Notes under the pieces: model-generated
What the model saw: only the letters and a program-made list of their open reading frames with translations
Told to the model about the DNA's origin: nothing
Database searches by the model: none
Assembly (NCBI GenBank): GCA_040182905.1
Contig: JARQWU010000035.1
Location: 1-58,172 of the forward strand
DNA length: 58,172 nt
Direction: 5' to 3'
From: Barthelona sp. PAP020
Taxonomy: Eukaryota
Shown here: positions 41,829 to 51,656 of the stretch, piece by piece
Layout: every line of letters begins with the position of its first letter
Numbering within the stretch: the first letter of the stretch is position 1
Made by a program: the position numbers and the translations under genes

Positions 41829-44800
41829 ATGAATTTTGATTTATTTGCCATTTATTTATGTATAACGATAAGATTATTTCACAATTATTGTACTTTATCT
41901 TATGAGGGAAGATTTCCCTTTTTAGCGAATGTTTCTTTTTCCAAAAAGTATTTATTTGCCATGATTACTATTTTTTTTATGTCTATTGGGGACATTTATC
42001 TCAGTATTTTTGTATATCCACAGAAATTTGTTTTAATTCACAAAAGTGAGATATTTTTTTTATTTCCATTCTTAATGATAATATTATTGATTTGTATCAC
42101 AATTTTAACTTATAAAATTATATATTATTTAACAAATCCTTTAAAATTAACGAAATTTTATTTATATTTGTCTTATTCAGCAGAAGGAATGATATATGCT
42201 ATCATTTATTATTTGTGTCATATTATGGTATCAGCATCAATTGTTGTTTCTACTTTATTTAGATTCGTTTTGTGTTGTTTATCTTTTCGTTTATTTATTA
42301 ATTGTTTTTTTTGGCCTAGTTTATCCATTGAAAAATTAATTTTATTGGTTAGAAATCCTTCTTCAAAAAAGAACAATTTTGAAAAAAATATATATAAGAC
42401 AAGCCACTATTTTTATAAAGTGTTATTTTTAACCGTATTAACTTTGATTGAAGCAACAATTCAAATATATTCATGGGTTTTGAAAGGATTTTACACTAGT
42501 TATAATATTCCTTTCTTATTTTTACAAATGTCAATGGTTTTCTTTGCTAATTTGATTTTCATGATTTTTCCATTAAAAAATCAGTTAAAAAATCCAACAT
42601 TGATACAAATATGCGTTGTAATACCTCGTATTGTGTATGCTACATTTGTGGTACCTTCTAAAATTGATAGTATAGCTCATTGTATAAGTTTATTTTATTT
42701 ACTTTTAATTATTGAATGTTTCATATTGCAATATATTTGTTCTGTTCCTGAAAAGACTTTGATTGATTTATTATTCAAGGATCACAGAAAATTTCCAAAA
42801 CCGATCAATTATCCAATTTCAATTATAAATTTTGGAAAATTTTCATCTTATGTAAGTTTCAGAATTGTTATTGTTGTCATTATTATAATACATGCTTTAA
42901 CTCAATATATCTTTGAAATTTTTAATTTTGATCATCAAGATATCAGTTGGAATGTGACGATCTTTTCTTTAATACCCATAATTTTTTACACATTTTCATT
43001 AATCCCACGAAATTTTTGGGTAAATTCTTTCAACAGTTCAGAATTGATGGAAATTAGTTTTTATTTTTCTAATTCTAATGGGAATATTAAAAAGGATACC
43101 AAAGATGATAATATAAACATTGATAACAATAAAAGTCAAGATTTAATGGATTCTTCAGAAATATTAATTTCTTTTGAGGATATGAATAATATTGATCAAA
43201 AACATAAAGAAAAAATATTTTTGAAGACTATAACTAGTGAGAAAATCTTTAAAATGATTGAAAGTTTAGAAAATAATTGTTTGCCTAAACCTGTTAAAAG
43301 ATTTATTTATGGAAGTTTTTTTTATTTAACTATAGTCATTCTTTTTATCCATTTTTTCTTTTCCTATAGTCCTATTAGAGGAGTTTTATTGAATATTATA
43401 GATAACACATTAAAATTACAATTTATTTCAATAAACATTGTTGGATTTTGTGGTTGTATTGTTTTGTTAATCTTATGTGTCATTTATTATCGAATATTGA
43501 AAATTTTGAGGTTTGAATATACAATACCAAAATCAATAGAAAATACTCCAGTGGAAAGAATTTATAAAGCTTTAATGTTCTACAAAAATATCATACAATT
43601 GTCGATATTTTTAGTATCTATATTTTGTATACATTATTCTTTTTCAACTGATCATATTTTTGGTTATATTATTGGAATCTTAATTATACCTAATATCATA
43701 TTTTTCATTATTGTTTTACATTTTCTACATTACAATAATATAACGTTTAAACTGATATGTATTTTTATGGTGATTCTTTATTCTCCTATATATTACATTG
43801 TATTTAAAGGTAATGTTGATATTTTTGCAAATGTTAACAACAATGGTTATGTCATATTATTAAATTATTTTTGTATAGGTTGTATAATGATCATATTCAC
43901 AAAAAATAAAAGAGTTCAAATATTTTATCAAATAATGTTTTGGACTTATTTTGTTCAACAAACTTTACAAAATAAATATTTATATCATGATATTTATGTA
44001 ACTTTTGGTATCTTTTTATTGATTATCACTATTTTTCCAATTATAAATTGTTATGATTTATTTAAAGAATCTAGACATTTTTATATGTATTTGATTTTTG
44101 GATGTTTATTTTCAGCATTGTTAGGTTTTAAAGCTAAAGATTTTAAACAATTTGATCATTTATTATTTAATTGGTTAATTACTTATGTTTTTTTAAGTTA
44201 CTATTATCAAAAAATCAATGAATTTTTTTTTGCTATTTTTTCAAATCATAAATCAAAGAATAATGAATTCATTTACATTTCTAAATATTATTTTTGTGTT
44301 TTGAGTTATAATACTCAAAATAATCAATATAAAGATTTAACAAAATTATTTCATAGATTTATCATCTGTTTGATCAATTTAATTATCTTGCATTTTTATT
44401 TTATGATTTATTCCCCAAATCATGAAAGCATTTGTCTTTTATTAATGTTAGTTGTATTAGGTATATCTTTGTTGGGAATATCTCTTGGAAACTCTTCATT
44501 CAGAATCATTGATAATTTGAATTTATTACATCATAATGAATTAGAAGAAATTTTTAATAAGATTGATCATCAATATTGTTTAAATAAAAGGGTTTTGACA
44601 TCTAATAATCTTAAACGTCAAGAATTATTAGACCATTTTCATCAAATGCCTATTTATGTTTACAAACATTCAAGTATTAATGTTACAATAACTACCCAAC
44701 AAAATATTGATAGTCATGAAAATAGTATACATACCACAAAGAAAAATCATCATGAAGATAATTTACAGTTAGTAGGTATTGATATTGTTGTTAAAAGATG

Positions 44801-47279
44801 TATGAAAGAGATCATAAAAATTGAAAATAAAATTATGGAGAATAAAAACATGAAAAAGAATAACTTGAATAAATATGATTCTTCAAAGAAGAAGAATGAT
44901 GATTTTTCAGTATTTGATGAATTTTTACTGGAACAAAAGTTGGAATCATTAATGATTTCCTTATTTAAATTTAGAAACAATGAAGAATTATTTAAAGGTA
45001 TGATTTTTATCAATATTATGATTTCTGCTAATAGAATCAAATATTTAAGAGAATATTTAGTAAATAAATGGAAAATGTCACAAAATCCCAAAATTTGGAA
45101 ACTTCTAAAATATGATCCTCATTTATTAGATATTGCTATTGAACAATTTAATATCTTTTTAAAAGAAGAACATGAGAGAGTTACCACTGAAAACCTTCAA
45201 TTAAAAATGCAAAATAACGTCTTGATAGGAAAGAAATCTGATGATAAAGAAAGCTACACAGTCGATAATGACATTGTCAAAGCAGAAGATAATACAAATG
45301 CTTTTGATTTATTGAAAAGAGTTCCCATATCAAATTCTAGTTATGATGCTGATGAAATGGATTACTCAAATCATACTTCCTTGATTCTTGATATATCTTC
45401 AAAAGTAGATACCATGATTGCTAAAATTCATCACCAGCAGAATCATTCAAAGAGTAAAGGGAAAAATTCTAGTCTAAGGTTCTCCTTTGATCCTCACAAA
45501 AAAGTAGAAACTCACAGTACTAAAAATGAAAATGAAAATGAAACTGAAGAAAGTGAAAAAGAAAAAGAAAATGGATTGAGTGCAATCAATGTTGAATTGA
45601 TTGAACTAAGAAAGTATTTGATCAAGATGACAAAATTTGAAGAATTTATGCAAAGGTTTGAAAAAATACTTACTAGATTGAGTTTTGAAGATTTTCAAAA
45701 TATTTATCAAGATTTTATCGAGTTAGATTTGAAAATTTTTGATATTGTAAAGTCTTTATCCAATCAATTTAAGAGTGATTCTTATGAAAACAAAGATTTA
45801 TTAGCCAACGCTAAGGATCAATATTATGCTATAAAGGAAGAAATTAAGAACTTCGCTAGTTCGGTCAAACCATTGAGGTGTGTATCAGACGAAGGAAAAC
45901 TTGCAAGTGTAACCAAACAATTTCTTCATATTGTGAAAAATTGCTGGAAAAAAGATGAATTGTTCAGAGATACCAGATTTTCAGATATTGCAACTGTTGT
46001 TGGAGATAATATTCCCCATGACAAATTGGAATTAAAGCCCATAAGTGAATTGATACCTGATTACGAATTAAATTTGTCCGGGAAATTAATTCAAGGTTTG
46101 GTAAATAACCCCATATTGGAATTCCTATTAAATGGCAAAGATCTAAATAATAAAGAAGTTTTGCTGACTAGTTTATGGCGATACGATAGGAGAGCAGGTA
46201 TTTTTGTTTTCCGTTATTTCACAGTTGATCTGACGAATTACATTATCGTTGATAGTTACGTCCCCTCGTTTTCTCAGCATTTGATGTTTGCGAGATCAAC
46301 CGTAAATAACAATGTGTTTGTATGTTTCATTGAGAAAATGTTGGCAAAATTATGTGGATCCTATTCAGCTATCAATGAAAAATTCAGTGATTTAAGATCA
46401 ATACGCACAATAACACAGGCTAATTATTCAATATGGTCTCCAATCAAATTGAACACTGTGCAAATGAGCAAGTGTTATGAAATAATTAGAAAGTACTCTA
46501 ATATTAAATATTATGGGAGTTTAACGATGGTTAGATCCCAAAATGAGACTTATACTAATTTAGGCTTAAGAACCAATGTTATTTACACAGTTGAAAAGGC
46601 ATTTGATACCTTTTATGATGATAATCACATACAACTGTTGTATATATGTCCAACTGTTTGTTGTGCGAACGATATTGAAAGATTTTGTGGATCTTATCAT
46701 CAAAATTCTATAAAATGGTCTCAAAGACTAAAGAATCAATTGCCTTTTGTGGGAATGAAAGAACCAGGTTTTTGGTTAACATTGGAAGAATTTTTTGACC
46801 AATTTACTAACATTCTTTCATACCAAACTTTAAGTCTGTTCTTCCATTCCTATATTCGTTATTCAATGTTTGATGAAGAAATTCAAATATTGAAAGACAT
46901 TTATAAATTGGATGCTTGCATACTTAGAGCACCTCAACATACCATTTATTTTACAGAAGTTATTAACAACCCCTATATCGAGGTATTTATTGAATTTTAT
47001 CAAGTAAATGAACCTGTAAGTGTTTGCTTAACGCTATTTCAATCTTCATCTCTTGCAATTACTGATGTTGAAAATATGGAGTTAATTGGTTCTCCTTTTT
47101 ATTCAACTGAAAGAACAACCAGATTTTCGGTATCATTGCGTAACCTAAAAATGTTTTATTCCATAATTCCTTTTGTAACTGAAATCAATAACGTTCAAAG
47201 TATTGATTATGTTTTGAGAGTTTATTCTCCTGATTCTGAAGTATTCCTCATCAATGCAAACTCCCTTACATACAATTAA
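41829..47279 (+). CDS. Multi-transmembrane calpain-like protein (DEK1/TML-type architecture), catalytically degenerate
   Basis: About 20 hydrophobic segments (41829-44490), a helical linker, then CysPc motifs: FRDTRF, IQG, GIFVFRYF..IIVDSYVP, IEKMLAKLCGSY, GFWLTLEEF. A C2L-like tail follows. The start is uncertain (first in-frame ATG is 41829). Confidence 0.82.
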   Translation: MNFDLFAIYLCITIRLFHNYCTLSYEGRFPFLANVSFSKKYLFAMITIFFMSIGDIYLSIFVYPQKFVLIHKSEIFFLFPFLMIILLICITILTYKIIYYLTNPLKLTKFYLYLSYSAEGMIYAIIYYLCHIMVSASIVVSTLFRFVLCCLSFRLFINCFFWPSLSIEKLILLVRNPSSKKNNFEKNIYKTSHYFYKVLFLTVLTLIEATIQIYSWVLKGFYTSYNIPFLFLQMSMVFFANLIFMIFPLKNQLKNPTLIQICVVIPRIVYATFVVPSKIDSIAHCISLFYLLLIIECFILQYICSVPEKTLIDLLFKDHRKFPKPINYPISIINFGKFSSYVSFRIVIVVIIIIHALTQYIFEIFNFDHQDISWNVTIFSLIPIIFYTFSLIPRNFWVNSFNSSELMEISFYFSNSNGNIKKDTKDDNINIDNNKSQDLMDSSEILISFEDMNNIDQKHKEKIFLKTITSEKIFKMIESLENNCLPKPVKRFIYGSFFYLTIVILFIHFFFSYSPIRGVLLNIIDNTLKLQFISINIVGFCGCIVLLILCVIYYRILKILRFEYTIPKSIENTPVERIYKALMFYKNIIQLSIFLVSIFCIHYSFSTDHIFGYIIGILIIPNIIFFIIVLHFLHYNNITFKLICIFMVILYSPIYYIVFKGNVDIFANVNNNGYVILLNYFCIGCIMIIFTKNKRVQIFYQIMFWTYFVQQTLQNKYLYHDIYVTFGIFLLIITIFPIINCYDLFKESRHFYMYLIFGCLFSALLGFKAKDFKQFDHLLFNWLITYVFLSYYYQKINEFFFAIFSNHKSKNNEFIYISKYYFCVLSYNTQNNQYKDLTKLFHRFIICLINLIILHFYFMIYSPNHESICLLLMLVVLGISLLGISLGNSSFRIIDNLNLLHHNELEEIFNKIDHQYCLNKRVLTSNNLKRQELLDHFHQMPIYVYKHSSINVTITTQQNIDSHENSIHTTKKNHHEDNLQLVGIDIVVKRCMKEIIKIENKIMENKNMKKNNLNKYDSSKKKNDDFSVFDEFLLEQKLESLMISLFKFRNNEELFKGMIFINIMISANRIKYLREYLVNKWKMSQNPKIWKLLKYDPHLLDIAIEQFNIFLKEEHERVTTENLQLKMQNNVLIGKKSDDKESYTVDNDIVKAEDNTNAFDLLKRVPISNSSYDADEMDYSNHTSLILDISSKVDTMIAKIHHQQNHSKSKGKNSSLRFSFDPHKKVETHSTKNENENETEESEKEKENGLSAINVELIELRKYLIKMTKFEEFMQRFEKILTRLSFEDFQNIYQDFIELDLKIFDIVKSLSNQFKSDSYENKDLLANAKDQYYAIKEEIKNFASSVKPLRCVSDEGKLASVTKQFLHIVKNCWKKDELFRDTRFSDIATVVGDNIPHDKLELKPISELIPDYELNLSGKLIQGLVNNPILEFLLNGKDLNNKEVLLTSLWRYDRRAGIFVFRYFTVDLTNYIIVDSYVPSFSQHLMFARSTVNNNVFVCFIEKMLAKLCGSYSAINEKFSDLRSIRTITQANYSIWSPIKLNTVQMSKCYEIIRKYSNIKYYGSLTMVRSQNETYTNLGLRTNVIYTVEKAFDTFYDDNHIQLLYICPTVCCANDIERFCGSYHQNSIKWSQRLKNQLPFVGMKEPGFWLTLEEFFDQFTNILSYQTLSLFFHSYIRYSMFDEEIQILKDIYKLDACILRAPQHTIYFTEVINNPYIEVFIEFYQVNEPVSVCLTLFQSSSLAITDVENMELIGSPFYSTERTTRFSVSLRNLKMFYSIIPFVTEINNVQSIDYVLRVYSPDSEVFLINANSLTYN

Positions 47280-47531
47280 AATGACATCTTATTGATTCAG
47301 ACTTTTTATTTTTTGTACATAATTGTAAATGCTATTTTCTTTTTTGTGTTAAAATGACTATTATTGGTAAAAATATTGAAAATATTTATGTTTTTCGTGT
47401 TGTAATTTAACATTTATTTGCAAATTGAGTATTAGTTAGTTGTATTTTTTCACTGTATTTTTTTTGTGGTTCTAATTTTTTTTAAATTTTTTATTTTTTC
47501 CGTTGTAGAAATTTATCTTTATGGAATTAGA

Positions 47532-48180
47532 ATGAGTCAAAATGATTTAAACCCTGATTCAGTTGATTTAACCGAATTATTTAAAAGAATGGTTATCGAT
47601 TTAACAAATTTTTGGTTGGTAGAAAAAATTTTTTACAATGAATTTAGCTAATTTTCAGAAACAAGTTGATGATATTGAATCTTGTGAAGATGTTAAAAAT
47701 CCTCAACTTCCATTGGCAAGAATAAAAAAAATAATGAAATCTGATGGGAATGTAAATATGATAAGTGCTGAAGCTCCAAAATTATTTTCAAAAGCAATTG
47801 AATATTTTATATCTGATTTATCAATTAGAGCGTGGGCATTTGCTGAAATGGAAAATAAAAGAACACTGCAAAAGAGTCACATCATTGCTGCAATTTGTTC
47901 CACCGAAATATTTGATTTTCTGTTAGATATTGTTCCCCCAGCGTTGTTGGAATCCGAATCAGAAAATATTATGGCTTCCCATTTGAATATGTTCACTGAA
48001 AATCAAAGACGAAGGATGCCTGATACTTATTTATCTGTTTTAGATAATTCTTTAAATTCAACGCATTTGAATTCAAACAATCAGATGACGAATGTCCAAC
48101 AAGTGAGTCCATATTCACAACCCCAAGAGACTCAATATTTTGATCCTGTTGTAAAACAATCATTGACTACGGATATGTGA
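47532..48180 (+). CDS. NFYC: Nuclear transcription factor Y subunit C (HAP5); spliced model join(47532..47618,47659..48180), 202 aa
   Basis: Histone fold LPLARIKKIMKSD..MISAEAP..RAW..KRTLQK..FDFLLDIVP. Splicing yields LTNFWLKQVDDIESCEDVKNPQLPLARIKK, a gapless match to the conserved NF-YC pattern L..FW..Q..EIE...DFKNH.LPLARIKK. Confidence 0.93.
47619..47658 (+). other. 40-nt spliceosomal intron (GTAGAA...GCTAATTTTCAG)
   Basis: GT-AG, phase 0. It contains the TAA that closes the exon-1 frame, and its removal restores the conserved NF-YC N-terminus. A CTAAT branch motif lies at 47648-47652. Confidence 0.85.
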
Positions 48181-48288
48181 TTACTTACGGCAAATTGAAC
48201 ATGTAAATGTAGATTTTTTTTTTTTTTGATTTATGGGACAGTGATGAAAATTAAGGAATGGCAATGAGCAAATAAAGAAAAAAGGCTG

Positions 48289-50193
48289 TTATTTTACACA
48301 TAAAAGATGTTTGTGAAACAAATGATTCTTCACATTTGCTTCAAAATCATCAATATCCTCGATATTTAATGTGTTAGAATTGAAATTTTGGAATTGAATA
48401 TGTGATTCTATTGAATTACCAAAATTGGAAATAATGATTGAGTTATTATCTCCCGTAATAACCTGTGTTGAAGAATTTGTGTGAATATCATTATTTTCCA
48501 GGTCATCAATATTTGCTAAAAAGTCTTTATTATGAGTAAAATCAAGCCCAAATGATTCATTTAAAGTTGTAAATCTGCTTAAATCAGTAAAAATATCTTT
48601 ATTTTTCAAAGGAATTTGTTCATTCAATGAAACATTCGTTTTCAAAAAAGTTATGAGATCTGCAGTGTTGCAATTGTTTTCAGTCCTTTGTAAAAACTCC
48701 TTTTCATAAGGTTTACACAAAAATTGATTTAAACTAAGCTGATTTAAAGCATTTTCAACAGATCCTTCATTAAAAATTGTCAAAATATCAAAATCGTCAG
48801 ATATACAGTCTTTTTTACAAAATTGTGTGAGCAATTCTTTCATAAAGAAATTTTGATTTTTCAAAGTGCAAATATTTGTCGCTATTGCTTTACTTGTTTT
48901 ATGAACCAATAAGTCCATAATTTTTGAATCTTGCAAATGAACAGATTCATCATTTTGTCTTTCAAATGAATGATAATTAATGAACTCTTCATATAAATCA
49001 ACTTGAAGTTGTTCTTTTGTTATTTCTAATGCATGATTCAACATTTGTTCAACATTTAACAAACCATTTCTAACATTTTCTTCAAAATTACTTTTACCTT
49101 TGTTGTATTCATCAATAATTAACAAAACCATTTCAATTTTTCCCTGTTTAATTACGTGATAATCGACCCATGTGCCATGAAAGTTATTATCACCAACAAT
49201 TTCCTCAACACTACGATGATCTGCTTTGGCTGGAATATTTTCATGTTCAGGATGAAAATTTTGAAAGATTGAAGCATACTCAGGTGTTTGTTTAAAAACA
49301 TTAATTCTTTGCCCAGAAATATTATCATCAATAAACACTCTAAGATGGTTTTCATTTTGAATAAATTTTTGAGTTTTGTATAGAGAATCACATAGAGCTA
49401 ATAGTTGGTTATTCATATCATAGAAAAGAATATGATCTTCAAAATATATAATTCCACAAAGAAATTGAGAAAATCTTTTTTTCAAATTTTTGAGGAAACT
49501 TTCACTCTCATTTAAAAGTGGTAAACACCATTCAAAATATGGCATAAACGTTGGATAAACAACAGAAATACCAATAACCAAATTTTCTAAAAATATTCTG
49601 GTCATTGACATTCGCATCAACTCATGCACCACAGAAAAATGAGGTACACTTAAATATTTATGTACAAATTCTGGTGTTTTGTTTGCATACCGATAAATTT
49701 GATCCAATCCACCAGTTAAAAAATTAAATGTATTGTAGAAACGATTAAAAGAGGAAATGGCTGATTTTTTCGAAATGGTTGGTTGTAATATCAATAAACT
49801 AATAATATTTTCAGGTGTATCATTTTTATTATTGCGGATATGTTCAAAAGGTTTTACCAAATAAACAATTTGAAAATGCCGAAATACGGCTCTTGTTGGT
49901 TGATTTATTTTCTTTTCATCAATTGATTCATCATCATCTATCATGCTAAAAAACCTGTTGTAAAAAGATAAAACACCTTTAACAATTTCATGAATAATAA
50001 GATGTTGGGCAGCAGTTGGATAAATTTCCATTGGTTTAGGACGATTTTTTATGGCTTTTGGTAATTTTGGAAATTCGTACAATGGTAACATCAAACTTGC
50101 ATCAGCTTCAATTCTGGGAATTCTGTAAATCCCAAAAAATAAATTGAATGATTCGAGATCCCATTTTGGTTTATCATCTTTGTTATCACTCAT
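48289..50193 (-). CDS. CCZ1/HPS4/INTU-family longin-domain protein (putative Rab GEF subunit)
   Basis: ATG 50193 follows a T13 tract. Longin-1-like pattern FFGIY..E.D..LYEFP..IVKGVLSF..FYNTFNFLTGGL and longin-2-like pattern FLKNLKKRFSQFLCGIIYFEDHILF. Confidence 0.6.
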   Translation of the reverse strand: MSDNKDDKPKWDLESFNLFFGIYRIPRIEADASLMLPLYEFPKLPKAIKNRPKPMEIYPTAAQHLIIHEIVKGVLSFYNRFFSMIDDDESIDEKKINQPTRAVFRHFQIVYLVKPFEHIRNNKNDTPENIISLLILQPTISKKSAISSFNRFYNTFNFLTGGLDQIYRYANKTPEFVHKYLSVPHFSVVHELMRMSMTRIFLENLVIGISVVYPTFMPYFEWCLPLLNESESFLKNLKKRFSQFLCGIIYFEDHILFYDMNNQLLALCDSLYKTQKFIQNENHLRVFIDDNISGQRINVFKQTPEYASIFQNFHPEHENIPAKADHRSVEEIVGDNNFHGTWVDYHVIKQGKIEMVLLIIDEYNKGKSNFEENVRNGLLNVEQMLNHALEITKEQLQVDLYEEFINYHSFERQNDESVHLQDSKIMDLLVHKTSKAIATNICTLKNQNFFMKELLTQFCKKDCISDDFDILTIFNEGSVENALNQLSLNQFLCKPYEKEFLQRTENNCNTADLITFLKTNVSLNEQIPLKNKDIFTDLSRFTTLNESFGLDFTHNKDFLANIDDLENNDIHTNSSTQVITGDNNSIIISNFGNSIESHIQFQNFNSNTLNIEDIDDFEANVKNHLFHKHLLCVK

Positions 50194-50260
50194 TTCAAAA
50201 AAAAAAAAAGAAATTCCTCTCGTAATCAAAGCACACATATTTTTTATAGTTTGTTCCACT
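50194..50260. promoter_or_regulatory. Short bidirectional promoter region
   Basis: 67 bp between divergent ATGs, with T13-GAA-ATG on minus and a T6 tract on plus. Confidence 0.55.
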
Positions 50261-51523
50261 ATGGTTCATTTAAAACATGTGGAGTTAGCATATTCAACAG
50301 AATTTTATAATTATGTCAAACAATTTTTAGAAACTTATTCGAATCAAAACATAACTATTTCTACTCATTTTCTTAATAATAGTGAATTCCAGATATTGAA
50401 TTTCACGATTAAAAGTCATATAAAAGATGTAGAAATCTCATATCAGATGCAAAATAGGATATTTACATTGTTATCGAAATTTAACGATCAGCATTATTGT
50501 GCAAATGTTTTATATTTACCAAATTCTCCTTATGGATTATTTGCATTTCAAAATGAGGCAGATGGATTTTGTAAAGTTAGGACAGAAATGAATTTCTTTG
50601 ACTTGAACAAATTTGTCTGCCTATTTTTTGATTACAAAAGATATACTCAAAATGTTAATCTTACACCTTCGTTATCATTTAAGCATCATAAAACCATATG
50701 GAACCCACTATTATTCAAGAATTTATTGAATAATTTCTTGATTCCTTATGAAGAAGATGATTCAATGAAATTTTTTGCAATTCCTGGAGCTATTACCTTT
50801 AAATCGAAGCAAATGAAGAGATTAGAAAATTTCAATTTTGATGTGCATCAATTGAATAATTTGGATAAATTAGATCAAGAATTTTTGGTTGGTGTTAATA
50901 CTGATCGAATATTTGTCTCTGATTCGTCAAAAATGTATAAAATAGCCGAAAATATCCGATATTGTGATCGTTCCTATCATTATCGTCCAGCAAACGTTGT
51001 GTTATCCAATAATGATTCTAGAAAATTATCATTACAAAGTGAAAGACATGATTGTATTGAATTGAAATATCAACGAAAAATTAAAATGAAAATAACGATA
51101 CCTCTCAGTGCTTATGGGTTTATTACTGATTTACAAGTGTTTGGGTACGTTGAAGAAGCAGTTCCACCCGAAAATATTGCAAAAATTGCCGAAAACTTGA
51201 ATCATATTGATAGTAATATGAAAGCCGATTCTTTGGCTCATTTGACCAGAAATCCTTGTATTATTTATAACGCAAATGAACCCTTTAGATTGGTTGATAT
51301 ATATAGTTTGCAAAGAAATAATATGTTAATCAAGTGGGTGGACAATAAGGGTAAAAATGAAGAGTTAAAACACACTTTGGACGATCAATGTCTTTATTTC
51401 AATGAAAAATTGAATTTTATTGAATCAAAAGCACAAGCTCCAATCTTGTATTGGCAAGGTACTGGCAAACCAATAGATCAATTTTATGAATTTGTTGCCT
51501 GTATTATCAATAATTTTGATTGA
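50261..51523 (+). CDS. Hypothetical protein (420 aa)
   Basis: Long ORF with first in-frame ATG at 50261, divergent from the longin gene. No family recognised. Confidence 0.75.
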   Translation: MVHLKHVELAYSTEFYNYVKQFLETYSNQNITISTHFLNNSEFQILNFTIKSHIKDVEISYQMQNRIFTLLSKFNDQHYCANVLYLPNSPYGLFAFQNEADGFCKVRTEMNFFDLNKFVCLFFDYKRYTQNVNLTPSLSFKHHKTIWNPLLFKNLLNNFLIPYEEDDSMKFFAIPGAITFKSKQMKRLENFNFDVHQLNNLDKLDQEFLVGVNTDRIFVSDSSKMYKIAENIRYCDRSYHYRPANVVLSNNDSRKLSLQSERHDCIELKYQRKIKMKITIPLSAYGFITDLQVFGYVEEAVPPENIAKIAENLNHIDSNMKADSLAHLTRNPCIIYNANEPFRLVDIYSLQRNNMLIKWVDNKGKNEELKHTLDDQCLYFNEKLNFIESKAQAPILYWQGTGKPIDQFYEFVACIINNFD

Positions 51524-51656
51524 TCTAAGATAATCTTTATTTTGTTTTTAAAATATCTTTCTTTATTTGAATTATTTAATTTTAAAGGGTGTCATTGTTT
51601 GTTTTATAAAAAAAGAATTTTTTTTTTTAATTTTACCATTTACATTTCATGTAATT

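Noticed and set aside
47638..48180. Unspliced 180-aa NF-YC from the ORF track
   Set aside because: Its ATG lies inside the inferred intron; the spliced model restores the conserved FW motif.
51050..51210. Resemblance of GFITDLQVFG..PPENIAKIAENL to the lipoate-ligase C-terminal domain
   Set aside because: The core LplA motifs (RRxSGGG, KxxGxA) are absent, so this is probably chance.
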